The position numbers were made by a program, and so were the translations under genes. From positions 1 to 64,000 of the forward strand of contig KZ538248.1 in assembly GCA_000934665.2 (NCBI GenBank): a stretch of 64,000 nt of DNA. Reading direction: 5' to 3'. The stretch is from Catajapyx aquilonaris. Taxonomy: Eukaryota. How positions within the stretch are numbered: the first letter of the stretch is position 1; every line of letters starts with the position of its first letter. Positions 1-12,576 of the stretch are shown piece after piece. Below the pieces are notes generated by a model. That model had not been told where the DNA came from and searched no databases. It worked only from the letters and a program-made list of their open reading frames with translations.

Positions 1-65
1 CAACCAATGTGAGTGCAAAGACACTGGCAAAGTACAGCCACCACGTAGAGATGTAATGACACTCA

Positions 66-150
66 GGGGCTGGAGGAGGAGGTGGCAGTTGGGGGGGAGG
101 AGGGAAGGGGAGGTAAGGGAGAGAGGGGAGGGGGAGGGAGGGAGGGAGGG
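66..150. repeat. Polypurine GGGA/GGA tract
   Basis: Many G3+ runs with short A spacers. Confidence 0.7.
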
Positions 151-3100
151 ATATGGTTTCCAGGGCAACTGAACAGCATTATTAGAACACAGGGGGCCAA
201 CATCCAAAGTCCTTTTCGGCTCCAGTGGTCAAGGATGACCTCGGAGGTCAATTCCAATGTGCTTATGACATTCCCAGTAAAAAACTACCCCTAGTGAAAC
301 CCTTGGGGCATATGTCGGGGCCTCCGTACGGATTTGCATAGCGAATAAGTGGAAAGACATAGGTCTTGAAATATGTATTAGATACAGCTGTAAAAAAAAT
401 CACACTCGCTGTAAAATGGAGGACTATCTCTCAATATACCATGTGATTGAACTCTGTAGTAGTCCGGTTCTTGCTTAGAAAATGAATTTACTAGTAGACA
501 ATGAAATGCTGCAATGTAATAATCTATAATTATGTAACTATAGTTGTCTTGGACGAGGTTTTGGATTACGACAATTACTTTTTTTTTAAATTCTCAAATA
601 AGATACATTAAAATTACTGTACATATATGACAAAGCATCTGCATTTGGTTCTGAGGGGGTATTGAAAAAAGATAGTGAGGATAAGCGACACCATATGACA
701 TGTACTGTACAAAGTACCTACAATGTAACGCACCGTGCAATAAGTGTCATTATCATACAAAGTAATAATATTTGAAATGATTGTAACATATTTAGTGTCA
801 CTCATTTCTGGAAGTTACGAGCTATTCCGACAGTAATTAATTCTGAAAAGGCCGGGGAGTTATTTTATTCAGTTGCTAATTTGAGCTAAGGTGAATGAAT
901 TATGCACCTTTTCATGGCGCAACGGCCACTTGGGCTACACTACACTAGCAGAAGCGATATTATAATGCAAAAAGGTGTGCCAGTTGGGAATGCAAATTTT
1001 ATGTGGGTGAATTTATAGTGCACGTGAATGATATATGATTCATTATTCTGCGGTCACAGTAGTGTTATTTACAGTAGTTATGCTAACTGGGGCAGATATG
1101 ATAAGTAAACGTGGCACTTGTAGTTTATACAGAAATAGTGAAATTCCTTTTTGCAAAAAATATATGGCACGGACTTATTTCTTCCACATTTAAAAGTGAC
1201 GCCTCCAAGAATCGTTTCCCAAGACAGTAGACCGTGCTATCTCATAATAATGCACATCCATTGGTCCTTATTAATTATTATTATAATCCTGCGAAGATAC
1301 TGTAGTGTATATGTCATAGACCGGTTTTGGGCGTCTCTCACGGAATCAACGTACCGTATGACTCACTTCGTGATCATCACATTCAGTATGCAAGGGCCCG
1401 AACCCCATTTCACAATATTTACTGACTCATTTTCATATCATTTAATTTTTCTAACATTTTAAATATACTCGTGCAATCCAACATAGTAGATTTTCTCAGA
1501 TTCATGTCAGTTGTTACAATCAGCCCGTATAGGCTGGAGAAGAGCTATAGGCTTGTGGCAAAAATCGTAATACGAGTACTGTATAATTCCAATTATTTTT
1601 TCTAGTAGGGCCATTCTTTCCGGTAAATCCAGTTACACATGTCGCGTGATGTGTGATGGTGTGTTACGACTAGGCCTACTTTACTACCAATGCGCACTGT
1701 AGACAACATGTGTGCGTAATTATGCGCACGTCCTTGTTGTTATTACGAAGAATTGTTGCGGTATTTTGCCACTGAGACGTCACTTGAAGCATGACTAGAA
1801 GTTTTTGTGTGAGTGTATGTGTGATTATCTTTTTGTGTTTTTCTATTGTTTATGGGTTATTTATCACACCGTATTCAGTTATGGGCGTCCGCACACATTT
1901 CTTTTGGTGGGAAATATTGTGTAGCAGAGTATATACCAAGAGCTGTGATCGTCTCTTCACACTGCACAATTCGCACAATAGCTGCATCATTATGGGTTAG
2001 TTAGCTAAATTTGGTAGAACAGGAAAAACAATCGGCTGCAGATTCAATGTTTACGAATTACAGTATATCGTCAATAATGGTTAATAACTGAACGGGCTGG
2101 GTGTTTCCAATCAAATTCACTGCAATTAAGCATGTAATATGATTTAGTTCATAAAACCAATAACACATTCTGGTTTTCTGCTCTTAAAGTACTCCTCTCT
2201 ATAATACGTAGTGGGATGTAGATTGTGACCCACCACCAGCCATTTTACCACTTTATCGGACTTTTATTGGCGTCAAAGTTCAGACTCCAGTCATAACTGA
2301 GGAACGCACTTGGTCACGTCGGCTATGCACCCCATTATTCAACCTACACCAGCATGCCCATAATCAACCACAAGTGGGTTGCGTAACTCCCGGAGTTGCA
2401 TGGCTGTAAGTATACGCATGCAACAAATAGAATGCACAAATTTGGGATATGCAATGTAAGCGTGAGAATGTTTAAAAAATTCTTGGGTAGGCTGTTGAAT
2501 AGAAGGGAAGTAGGGGTCGTTGGCAGGAACGTTGAGTTCTTGGCCGACATTCCTTCCTGAAGTGGTTCCCCTCCGGATTTCTGCTACCCATACCACGAAG
2601 GCCAAGGGGTTGCACCCGTGCATGACGGTACACCCACCTAAAACTGGAGGGGGTGCCTCGCTTTTTGAAGCGCCTATTTTTGAAGCACTTACCTAGCAGG
2701 TGGGTGATTAGCGGAACTGGTAATTTGAAGGTTCAATTTGGGAGATGGCCTCCCCGATTAGAAAGCATGGATCAGGCGACTAATTTGTATAATTTTCATT
2801 AGCTTTTATTTACTTTTTGAGGACGCACTCCAAAAGGTTGAGCCTGGAATTTTGTGTATGCTATGTCGAGGAGCCTTAATTAGCTGATATTGTGTGCCGT
2901 GTTGACTATTACTGCCAATTCAAGAGAGGAATTCAGGAGTCCTTGATTATAGATGTTGATGGCGTTCAACGGCGTCGCATGTTTTGAGCTCTGGTCCGCT
3001 TGATTCAAAATTCATGCCCTGGAATGTTGGAAGGCTAATTTCATCCTGGCCAGGGGTGAAACCTACAGTAGTATTAAATAATGATGTGTATCCGTGTGAA

Positions 3101-3743
3101 CTTGTTGCTATACTTCAGTGAGCAAGGCGTGTCACTGGTACTGGTTGCTGCAATGAGCAAACTTGTTTTATATGAATTAATAAACGTTGCATAAATATCG
3201 GGGACTAATGAAGACAGATCGTTTTAATTGAACCAGCAGTAGTTGTCATAACTGGATCAAGAGGGTTAACGTTACGTAAGGTCAGCCTTCCACCGTCGAA
3301 ATATCCATCACCGGTAGGAAAAGTCGGGGGATTCTTCGAGTAAATATTTAGACACAAGTGACCGAAGAAGGCAGTTTCAGTAAACGGAAAGTATTGATGG
3401 GATACACGCGCCGAGAGGTTTATTTTTCTTCCAGGGTCCCCACCTATATACCACCAGACATTTTCAACCAGAAGTGGTCTTCCAACCGTCCAAAGTAGTG
3501 CATCGTGATATCAGTTCCAAAAGTGAATTTTTAGTCTGCGTCGGTTCAATTTTCAAGTGCGCCAGCAGGCCACAGGGCGCTGGGTAATGTCACTCCAGAG
3601 TGGAAGTCGTGTGCTATCAGTCAGCTCCACTCAGAACTAAAACCCCCCTACCCCCACGTCATATATCGAGGATCCACACAGAGTTCAATTGAGCATTTGC
3701 GAGTGTGCGGTACAATAAGCAGGAAGGAATCGGAGCACGAGAA

Positions 3744-3836
3744 ATGGCCGTCGACAGCAAGGAGGCCCAGAGCATCCTGGTCAACTACCTTATACTCATA
3801 GTGCTGCTGGTCATACTCTGGGTCCTTTACTTCGGG
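3744..3836 (+). CDS. scl: Sarcolamban-like micropeptide, copy 1 (first coding exon)
   Basis: ATG at 3744 encodes MAVDSKEAQSILVNYLILIVLLVILWVLYFG, followed by a phase-0 donor GGG|GTAAGT at 3837. Short polar N-terminus plus one TM helix with EAxS-L/I-x-x-N-Y, matching sarcolamban (EAKSLF) and the phospholamban/sarcolipin LFxNF core. Confidence 0.85.
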
Positions 3837-3928
3837 GTAAGTGGGTCCCCTGGGTCATGCAGTCATGCTTTTGGGGTAGGTGTCACGGGGCCGTGAAGGA
3901 AACGGTATGGTGCGACAGATCTGCGGGA

Positions 3929-4093
3929 GAAACACTTTATATCCAAAATTAGTAAGGGTGAAAGTCGCATGCATGCCCTGCACTAATCCCTCCTGAGTCA
4001 GGGGGGATTAGTACAGGGCATGCATGCGACTTTCACCCTTACTAGTTTTGGAGGTATGGTGTTTCGCCATGGGATGGCAGAGATGTATAGGTG
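3929..4093. mobile_element. Palindromic MITE family B, left end eroded
   Basis: Fold-back AGTAAGGGTGAAAGTCGCATGCATGCCCTG ... CAGGGCATGCATGCGACTTTCACCCTTACT, homologous to 12403-12576. Lies in the intron of sarcolamban copy 1. Confidence 0.8.
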
Positions 4094-7059
4094 TATTGAT
4101 AGGTTGCGTAATGTGGTGCACATAGGCCGGTAGATTTTTTTAAAAAAAATGCGAACTGGGAGTGTACCTGATTTACTTACCGAAATCGGCAAATTTGATA
4201 CGTACATTGTGCGTTAGAGTTAGTTGCGGTATAGGGCGGAGTGGGAATGAGATTTAATCAAAACTGTACATCTCACGTGACTGGTAGTGCTTTAATTTAC
4301 CGCAGAGATTACGTTCAATCTGTCAGTCTCCTTCCAACCCGTGGTTTTGAGAATTTGGCCCTTACTCCGCCCTTTCCAAAATTCCGCTTAAATTGCCAAG
4401 AATGTTCTCATGGTCACCAGAAGGGAACATTGAGCTGTTATTATGGCGTATGATTTAATAAGCTCCTTTCTGAGCACTGAGGCAGTAATTAATCCGGTTT
4501 GCTGCTGGATTTGTAGGACGGAATATCGCCCCGAAGTAAAATTTAAATTAGCATCGATTTTAATAGGCGATGACAGCCTTGGCGCAGTGTCCCAGTCCAA
4601 AACGTGTGCTGCTGCTGGTTAATTACTTACGGCGGATCTGAAAGATTGCACAGGCGCAAATGCGATGTCAGTATTGAACACCCAGTTTGCAGTTTTCATC
4701 TTTTTAAACTGGTCCGATATGTAGACAGTAACAAACCGCAAAATTATATACGAACTGTGCACCATTATTGTGATTGATTATTGATAATTCATATTGAACG
4801 TCCCCAGGCAATCAAGCTAAATAGGTCCCGTTGCAAGCAGTTCTGACCAGTAAACTGGTAAAAAAAATTTCAATATCCACATCTTGAATAGTCGTAAATG
4901 CAGCAAGTTCAATAAGGGGCGGTCGAATGATTGTATGCTAGTTGTCACAGATTGAATCGACCTTGCTTTCGCAATCTTTGGTGCCAGCTGACGTGCACTT
5001 GAGTACTCTTCAGATCGCGACATATTGCCACCTGCATCGATACAGCCAGAAGTGGCTTATGGATCTTAAAAATGGCGTACCCCATCAAAGCTTTTTTTGC
5101 TTCCCTTCCCCCTACCATCAGAGACATTTGCATGCAGTTTGGGATATGGAATTGAAAGATGGTTGCCCTTGCAGGTGTGGTAGCCTGATTGCAACAGGCG
5201 GTTTTTTGAGACACCCGGTTGTTTCTTCCTACTGGTGATGGGTCCTAGTTTGGGTTGCATTCGCTAGATGGGAGGCCCCGGCGTTTTGCGTCGATGCGGC
5301 CGTGGTGAAGATGGGATCGGATGGAGGCCTTTACGCAGAGATGTCGCCACGTGCAGCTTGGTCGGTTGTGATGCTGGGACCAAAGACTTGAGATCGGTTT
5401 TTAGTTTGTAAGATGATAATGTCGCGGGTGAACAAATTCATGCCAATATTTAGATTAATGAAATCAGCATTTGTTTGAATAGTAGTGCATATTTCTGGTG
5501 AGGAATTGTTTCCAATAATTGCAGGCTATGGTGTAAAATAATGTATTGATCACTCATTGTAATATTTTCCCACAGCAGATATATATGGCGGTTGTACTCT
5601 ATGTTGTGTGTTATTGACGACGATTTGAAAACAATTTTTGCGGATGAACCAGTTCCCCCCCCCCCCCNCCCCTCAGAGGGCACGAAAATAGATTATCCGC
5701 ATCAATGGACCACAAGGAAGGCTTCTGGGTGCGGTTCTGGAGATGAGTGGGGGTGTTGGAAACGCAGGCGAACTGGCGCCTGCTCATGTTTTCTTAACGC
5801 TATTTCTGGCAGGGGACGACGAGCCCTTTGGAGGTCATGTGAAATATTTCCTATTCAAAATTATAAGTAGGGGGCGGATGTGCGTGTTAGCTGGAAGACA
5901 TTGGTGTTGAAGCTTCTGGAGGAGGATGAGGTGTTACCAAGGGATACCATTAGTGGACGGTGGTCGTGGACAAATCAAATTCCGATCTAAACCTGGAGTC
6001 GACCTGGACCGATGCCACGTTTTAGGGCCTGGTGATTGATGAAGTTGGTGCTGAAAAGCGAATTTTTGTGGGGGACTCCTGCAGCTCAATCATGGACGAT
6101 GCTTCCTGGTCTAGGGCAATTTTGTGGGTTTACTGACGGACAGAAGAGGTCGAGCCAGGAATGGGCTGGAGTTGGAATAATTGGGGGAAAAAACTTATGT
6201 GGAACGAGAGTCCGTAAGATGCGTCAAGAACTTTGCGCAGTTACTGCCAGCAACCAATAGGAATCCCTGGGCACGTCGTTCAAGGACAAGTGATTAAATC
6301 ACGAATGTTCGCTACATTTCACATTTGCAAATACAGTGCAGCTAACAGTTCATGGCTTGGAACTTGAACTCTCATGGTTGCACCACTCACATGGCCACAT
6401 AAATGAGATATGGAACGTGCTTAATTGACCTCCCTCCCAGAAGTGATAGGGATTAACATGGCGGATAATCCCACTGGCTGACTTTCTGCGCCACGTGAAG
6501 CCTCATGTGTGCTCGTCGAAAACACGTTATATAATTAATGCAAATGACTTGGGATGCAATTAATGAGGGTGGAAATAATGGGCGTATATATAGCCAGCAC
6601 TTATCCAAGGCTTGCACCGTGTGTGCATATATGGAACGGGGGAGTTTGGGGATTCTGAATGACCGCTCCGGTTATTGCGACTAGAGATATGCTGGGTGGG
6701 ATTGTTGCTGGTGCGCCGCTTGGGAGTTTCAGCCAGCAGTGTTTTGAAAGCGTAATGTAATGCTGGACATGTCTTACATTTTTATAGGCTGGCTGGTAAT
6801 CAGCGGAGAGGGTATTGTGAGAGGAAAATTCATGCGAAGTAATTTGGGCACGCGGGCTATGCGAACATTTTGTTTAACTGTATCCTGTCTCGTGCTGCTT
6901 GAAAAATTGATGGTAGTTGAAAAAAAAGAGAGGTGTGGAGAATTACCACCATACCTACTTTATTATTCCGTATTTTGTGGGATGATAAACGTGCTTGTCA
7001 ATCAAAACTCTTAGTACTTTGCAAATTGCATTAATAGTCTACTAGGTTTTGTGTTTCAG

Positions 7060-7125
7060 AGTTCTGGATGTCGAATTTCGAAGTTTCATGTCACAGTTGA
7101 CGTAGACATGGATAGACTTTTATAG
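7060..7125 (+). CDS. Candidate second coding exon of sarcolamban copy 1 (SSGCRISKFHVTVDVDMDRLL*)
   Basis: Acceptor TTTTGTGTTTCAG|AGT followed by UTR-like AT-rich sequence. The same TGTTTCAG|AGT junction occurs downstream of copy 3. The splice pairing is inferred, not shown. Confidence 0.35.
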   Translation, partial: SSGCRISKFHVTVDVDMDRLL

Positions 7126-10100
7126 ACATTTATAGACCCACGAAATGTCAAGTAGTCGTTAAATCAAATAACCGTTTCTAAAAAGTGGGGGAAAATTTGG
7201 ACTCAAATTACAACTTTTGTGGCGAGAAGTTTTGCTTTATACTGTATATTGAAAGTGCTAGTTGTATGAGTGCGTTACAGGCTGGTTTCACTGGTTTTCA
7301 CAGCTGCATCATACACTCTTGAAGTTTATTACTGTAACCGGTAGCCTATGCGTATAGAAGAGAATTATGAACATATGGTATTTCCACCAGATTACAGTTT
7401 ATTCATAGTTACCACTTGAAACTTTCTTTTGATAAATTGGTATAGGCTGAATCGACCACTTTCAGAACTGGCCAAGCACTTGATCTAATTTGGTGGGTAT
7501 ACGCCTCCAGCACATACTTCACCACATATAACTGGGCTGAGATTTTCCCTTACTGGGTTACCGCACCAGTGTGCTTTTGGATGATTTCTCTGTAGACACA
7601 ACTATATGGGTGGGGCGAGTTATTAATTAGCCAGTAGGTGGATAATAGCACACCTGAACCCTACGGGAATATAAAGAGAAATATTATTGAGCAGCCTGCC
7701 GCATTAATATCCCTGGCGAAGAGGATATTTTGCAGGAAGGGAGGGGGGGCCTATTCATCTTCCTTTCAGCACCTTCCCACCCGCACCACCCCCTTAGGAC
7801 TTTCCGGATACCTCATCACTCACTTCACAGCAGTTGGGTATAGTTACATCACGGTAGACTAAGCTGGGAGTGTGTTCATGGACATGAAGAACCCCCTTGT
7901 ATACAATGGTCTTGCTCATCCCCCACACCCTGGACTCGGAGGATCATTGATTACTCAGCTATTCAGAGGGTAATTAGGGCAGATCCATTCAACACCATGG
8001 CATCAACATGCCAATTAGAGTTCCGGAAGGAGTCCAATCAGGTTGCCTCAAAAAAGAGCTTTTCGTGTTCATTCGAGCAGTGGTAATTTTTGGCGTATGT
8101 CAGCACGTCGACCCAAGATTTGTTCTCAGTCAAATGATGTTTTTAATGAGCATGGAACTATGCAGTTTTTGTTTTTTTTGTAATGGAGTGACACGTTATG
8201 ACAAATTGAAATGCAGGGGAGGTTTCTACTAATCGATAGCCATTTTTATAGCGTGTCGTTGAACCGGTGATTTCAAAGGCCTACATTTTTTTAAAAGCCA
8301 TCGTGTTAGCGCACAGTAGTACGCTGGGCGAAGGTTCAATGATGTTGGGTACAAAATGCCATTGTCCATTGACATGGAAGGGAGCCGTCATTATGAGATT
8401 GTGTTTTTGTCTGATAAGGTTATTTCCAACATTAACTGCAGGCATCGCGTGTAGTTTTTAGTCAGAAATTGGTATGCTTCTTTCTAGCCTTTGGGGGAAT
8501 ATAATCAAAGGTAATTCTATATGGATGTTGACTCTTTGTTTTATAAAATAATTTTAAATATGCTCTCCTGTGTGCACCCAGGAACAGCCCGAGGCTTTTC
8601 AGACGAGCGTAACAGAGTTCTGCATCCGATTTGTAATTGGAGTATTGTGTAATCTCTCTGTGCATTAGGGATATCTGAGCAGTACAAAGAGTCTTCCGTC
8701 TTGTATTTTTCTAAGAAGCTGCATATATGACAAGAAGCATTATGTTGGTTATTAGCGAGAGATAATTGGAATAAGCCGATTGCTTCGTTTGCTAGTTTTG
8801 CAGTATAAGTCTCGTTAAAGGGATTTACGTTAGAGAGTACCAATCCAATAATGAGACAGACGTCGCTTTGTAATACAGTAGGTCTACTGAAAGAAATGCT
8901 AATATGATACAACGAAAATACTGTTCGTATGGATGTTGAACTAACCCTTAGAAGAATCAGTTGAAAGCAACAGTAGCAATATATTCATTTGTGAGTGACA
9001 TTTCCGTTCTAATCAAGCTGAGCCGCTGCTTATTTTTAACTGATGGAACAATCCGGCACAATATTTTTGTGCCATTCTTCTGATGCATCAACGATCCGAT
9101 TAGCCCCCCCCCCCCCCCATAAAACTAAAACACACCCAGTAAATGCAGGGGGGGGGGTACGAATGCGGCACAAATATTAATGTTAATTAGAGAGACTTTG
9201 GGTAAACCATTGAACTTGACGCTACTAATGCCACCCCCTCTCTGATTGCTCATAATGAAACACATGACACGGTGCTTATTAAGCACGTCAACGAGTCGGG
9301 CTTCACCTAATAAATCACGTGGGATAGACCCTGTCATTAATTTGGCTGCGCGCACATGAGTGTATGTAGGCATGCTTTTGATAGATCGCCTACCGGACCC
9401 TCGATTTTAATAGGGCTTGACGCCACCCCGGTGGGAATGAAGATGACCAGGGTGTGGTATGGGAACTAAAATGACATGGGCGGAAGTCCTATCGTCGTAT
9501 CGGTCAGGTTGTGACAAACTGGAGTTGCTCGAGGTGTATACCACTCAGGCTCCGAACAGAAAATAAACAGCCTTGGCTCACATTTACATCATCCTGTCTG
9601 CTCCACATCTCAACGCCGGACACCATACTCAAGCACTTTCCAGCACATATGCAAAGCATGAAGCGCGCACATTTGGCTAGGCGTCAGAATCTGCCGAAGC
9701 CCTCTCAACCGCGCGGAATGCGTCGAAAAGTGCTACTAATTTTAGACCCCCGGCAAGTCTTTTTGATCCGCAGCAAAAACAGAACAGGCCGCTTATTAAA
9801 ATCTCGACGAGTGACGCTGGCGAAAACGTCCGTACAGTGCGCACTTGCCAACACCGGTTTCCAATTATGTGGTCAGCTAGGGCTTTTTGGGACTCCGAAG
9901 GATATGGAAATGTGCAAAATCCGTGACCGGTCGACCATATAAATATGTAGTCGGGGCAACCATCCTCGTGGGAATCCTGGTTTTTTTGGGACGAATTCGC
10001 GTAACAAAGAGCTGGTCTGCGCCATATTTGATTAGTCTGTTGTATGCGGTGGTGTCCTACGGGGAATAGTGGCTTGCATATGGGGTACCAGCGCAATTAT

Positions 10101-12402
10101 AATGCGATCTGTACACGCTGCATTAATATTGACGGTCCGGGTGTATGTTTTTTTGGGGGTTGTCAGGAGTAGGTTATTTCCAGAGAAAGACACCGGCGTA
10201 TCTGTTGGAATATTTAAATTAGATTGCGCAGATTAGCATGATGCAAGTGGATTAAAGGTCATTTCCGTAATTGTGTTTGTTTTTATGGTGCGTTCGGAAA
10301 ATGCTTAATGAGGGTAATTATTCGTGCAGGTAAAAAGCCGGGCTGCTGTACGGCGGTGCACATTAGTATTCAGGGTACCGGTTGTCCATTGTGTCAGGCA
10401 TGGGGGTAGGAACTGTATAGATTTTTTTTGGGAGGCTTATTGCAAATATGTCAACATGACTTCCACGCTATGCGGTACATAATGGGGAAATTGCTAGTGT
10501 TCAGTATATCAACTAGTGCGTTTACATACAAAGCGCATGCTTGCCTGGCATATAGAGTAACTTTTCCGATAGTGATTTTTAAAATTACCAAATGTGAATT
10601 ATGCGGTGGTGTAAAATGCATTTTATATCATCATTCTCAATATTTCACCTAATACTGTCCACGATGTTTGTTTGCGCTGAAAGTTATCTCTGCCCACTGG
10701 GTGCGCCATCTCCCTGCTTACCCCCCCTACCACACCTTCCATCACCTTCCGCTAGAGGGTGCTCCACACCCTGTCAGGTGGCGCTCATGTACAGTTGGGA
10801 TCCGGACTTTTCGCCCCCGCCGTTTCGTCCCCGGATACCCTTCCTGCGTGCCCCGAAGGTCGGTGTTCAGCTAGGAATAAGGCAGATCGAACACAGTTTG
10901 TTTCACAACATCTACTTGCCATTTTGCCTGCATTGGAAGAACATCGCTTGGGATTGGATTGGCAAATCTCATTTTGAAGGATGCATCGGCGAATTGGAGC
11001 TGTCAGATTGTCCTCTTGTTTCCGGCACGTACGTAGATGCTCCGATGTTTTCTTGGAGAAAGCGTGGTCCAGCCGCACCCTCAGGAAGCACCCCCCCCCN
11101 NNNNNNNNCCCCCCCTCCCCTCCATCTGCTCTTTATCACCCCTGAGGGAGAGCTGAAACCGAGAGCAGACTCGGGTTCCATTGCGGCTTGCGAGCCTGTG
11201 TCGTGCGGATTTTCTTGGTTGGAAACACCGCAATTTATGCTCCTGGTCGTTGCATGCGCTGCTGCTTTCTGGCTTCTGTTGGGGACGTGGATCACAGATG
11301 TGAAATGCCAATTTCGAGAGAGGGACCAGTGTATATGCCAGGTATATTGGGATTTGAAAATTTTTGTAAACAAATCTGTGCATTATGTAAACAGGAAACT
11401 ATCGAATGCTTGAAACACATTCCCAGTTGGGAACTCTGCATCGCATTACGGTATAATCGAATCCTGATTACAATAATCTTCATCCCGACGCCAGCATCCC
11501 TACTGTCCTCAGAATCAATGCATAAACTTAACCTCGCCTTTTTCAAAAACCCCGAACAGTGTAGTCCCCGCAGCGCTTGATGAAGTGTAACGCGCCCATG
11601 TTTTTGACAGCGCGTCCCAGCGATGACGCAAAGTCGTCAAGCAAAATGCACATTGACGCGCGGGAAATGATGGCAGTGATGGAAGCCCGTGCGGACCGCC
11701 GAGGACATTATCAGTAATTCATAGACATAGCTTTATTTTATGCTTCGTCAGGTTTTATTGGGCTCGCCCGTATTTTCCTCAGCGGAAAAAACCTTCAGCG
11801 CCACCAAGCCTGAGGTGGGTTTTATTCTCTGCAGTTACTACGTACGGGATGGATCTATAAAGCAGCATTTCTACTACATGTATTTGTTTCACCTACGAGT
11901 TACGACTCGTATATGCACATATTGAGCGTATGCATGATTATTTTTTATTTTGCAGCGGATTACTTGGAAACATGACGACCGTGACCCCTGGTCGTTGATG
12001 GGAACGCCTAGCCCGCGAAGTGCGCAAATAAAAATCGTAAAACATGGAAACACTCTCCCGTTCCGTAGAGCCACGGATCTAAATGGCCCACTAGGCTCCT
12101 GCTGCACTCTTTTTTCTCTCCGTTCATATATTGCTTCCCTCTGCACTTGCAATTTAGGAACAACGGTGCGGCTTTATGCGGAAACAAGTGTACTGGGCGA
12201 AAGGTTTTTTCGCCCCACCTGTTTAACCCTCCTGCGTGTGACATGTATATGCTCCAGAATTTTTTTTGTGGGGGTTGCGAACAGCATGTCTTGTACGGAT
12301 GCCAACCGCTGGACTTGGCACCGCTACGGATACTGGTTTTTATTTATTTTTTTCATTTAAAAATATGGCGGAACGTGATAGTCATGCACAGTGCTTCGAA
12401 TG

Positions 12403-12576
12403 CACCCCAATACTGCCTTCCCATGGAGAAACGCCGTATCTCCAAAACCAGTAAGGGTGAAAGTCGCATGCATCCCGCCTGACTCAGGCGGGATTAGTGC
12501 AGGGCATGCATGCGACTTTCACTCTTACTGGTTTTGGAGATATGGTGTTTCTCCATGGGACGGCAGAATATCGGTA
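12403..12576. mobile_element. Palindromic MITE family B
   Basis: Long inverted arms CTGCC.TCCCATGGAGAAAC.CC.TATCTCCAAAACCAGTAAG.GTGAAAGTCGCATGCAT and reverse complement. Boundaries are approximate. Confidence 0.82.

Noticed and set aside
1..56. Possible last coding bases of an upstream gene (TNVSAKTLAKYSHHVEM*)
   Set aside because: Truncated by the window edge with no recognisable motif, so it cannot be supported.
1791..2000. Hydrophobic ORF MTRSFCVSVCVIIFLCF... as a fourth sarcolamban
   Set aside because: Its hydrophobicity comes from TG/T-rich sequence. It lacks the NYL core and the conserved donor.
9887..10069. Short ORF with two hydrophobic stretches
   Set aside because: Non-ATG start and no similarity to the smORF family.
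10601..11413. Longest ORF in the track (270 aa) and its overlapping antisense ORFs
   Set aside because: Spans an N gap within a poly-C run and has no recognisable domain or coding-like composition.
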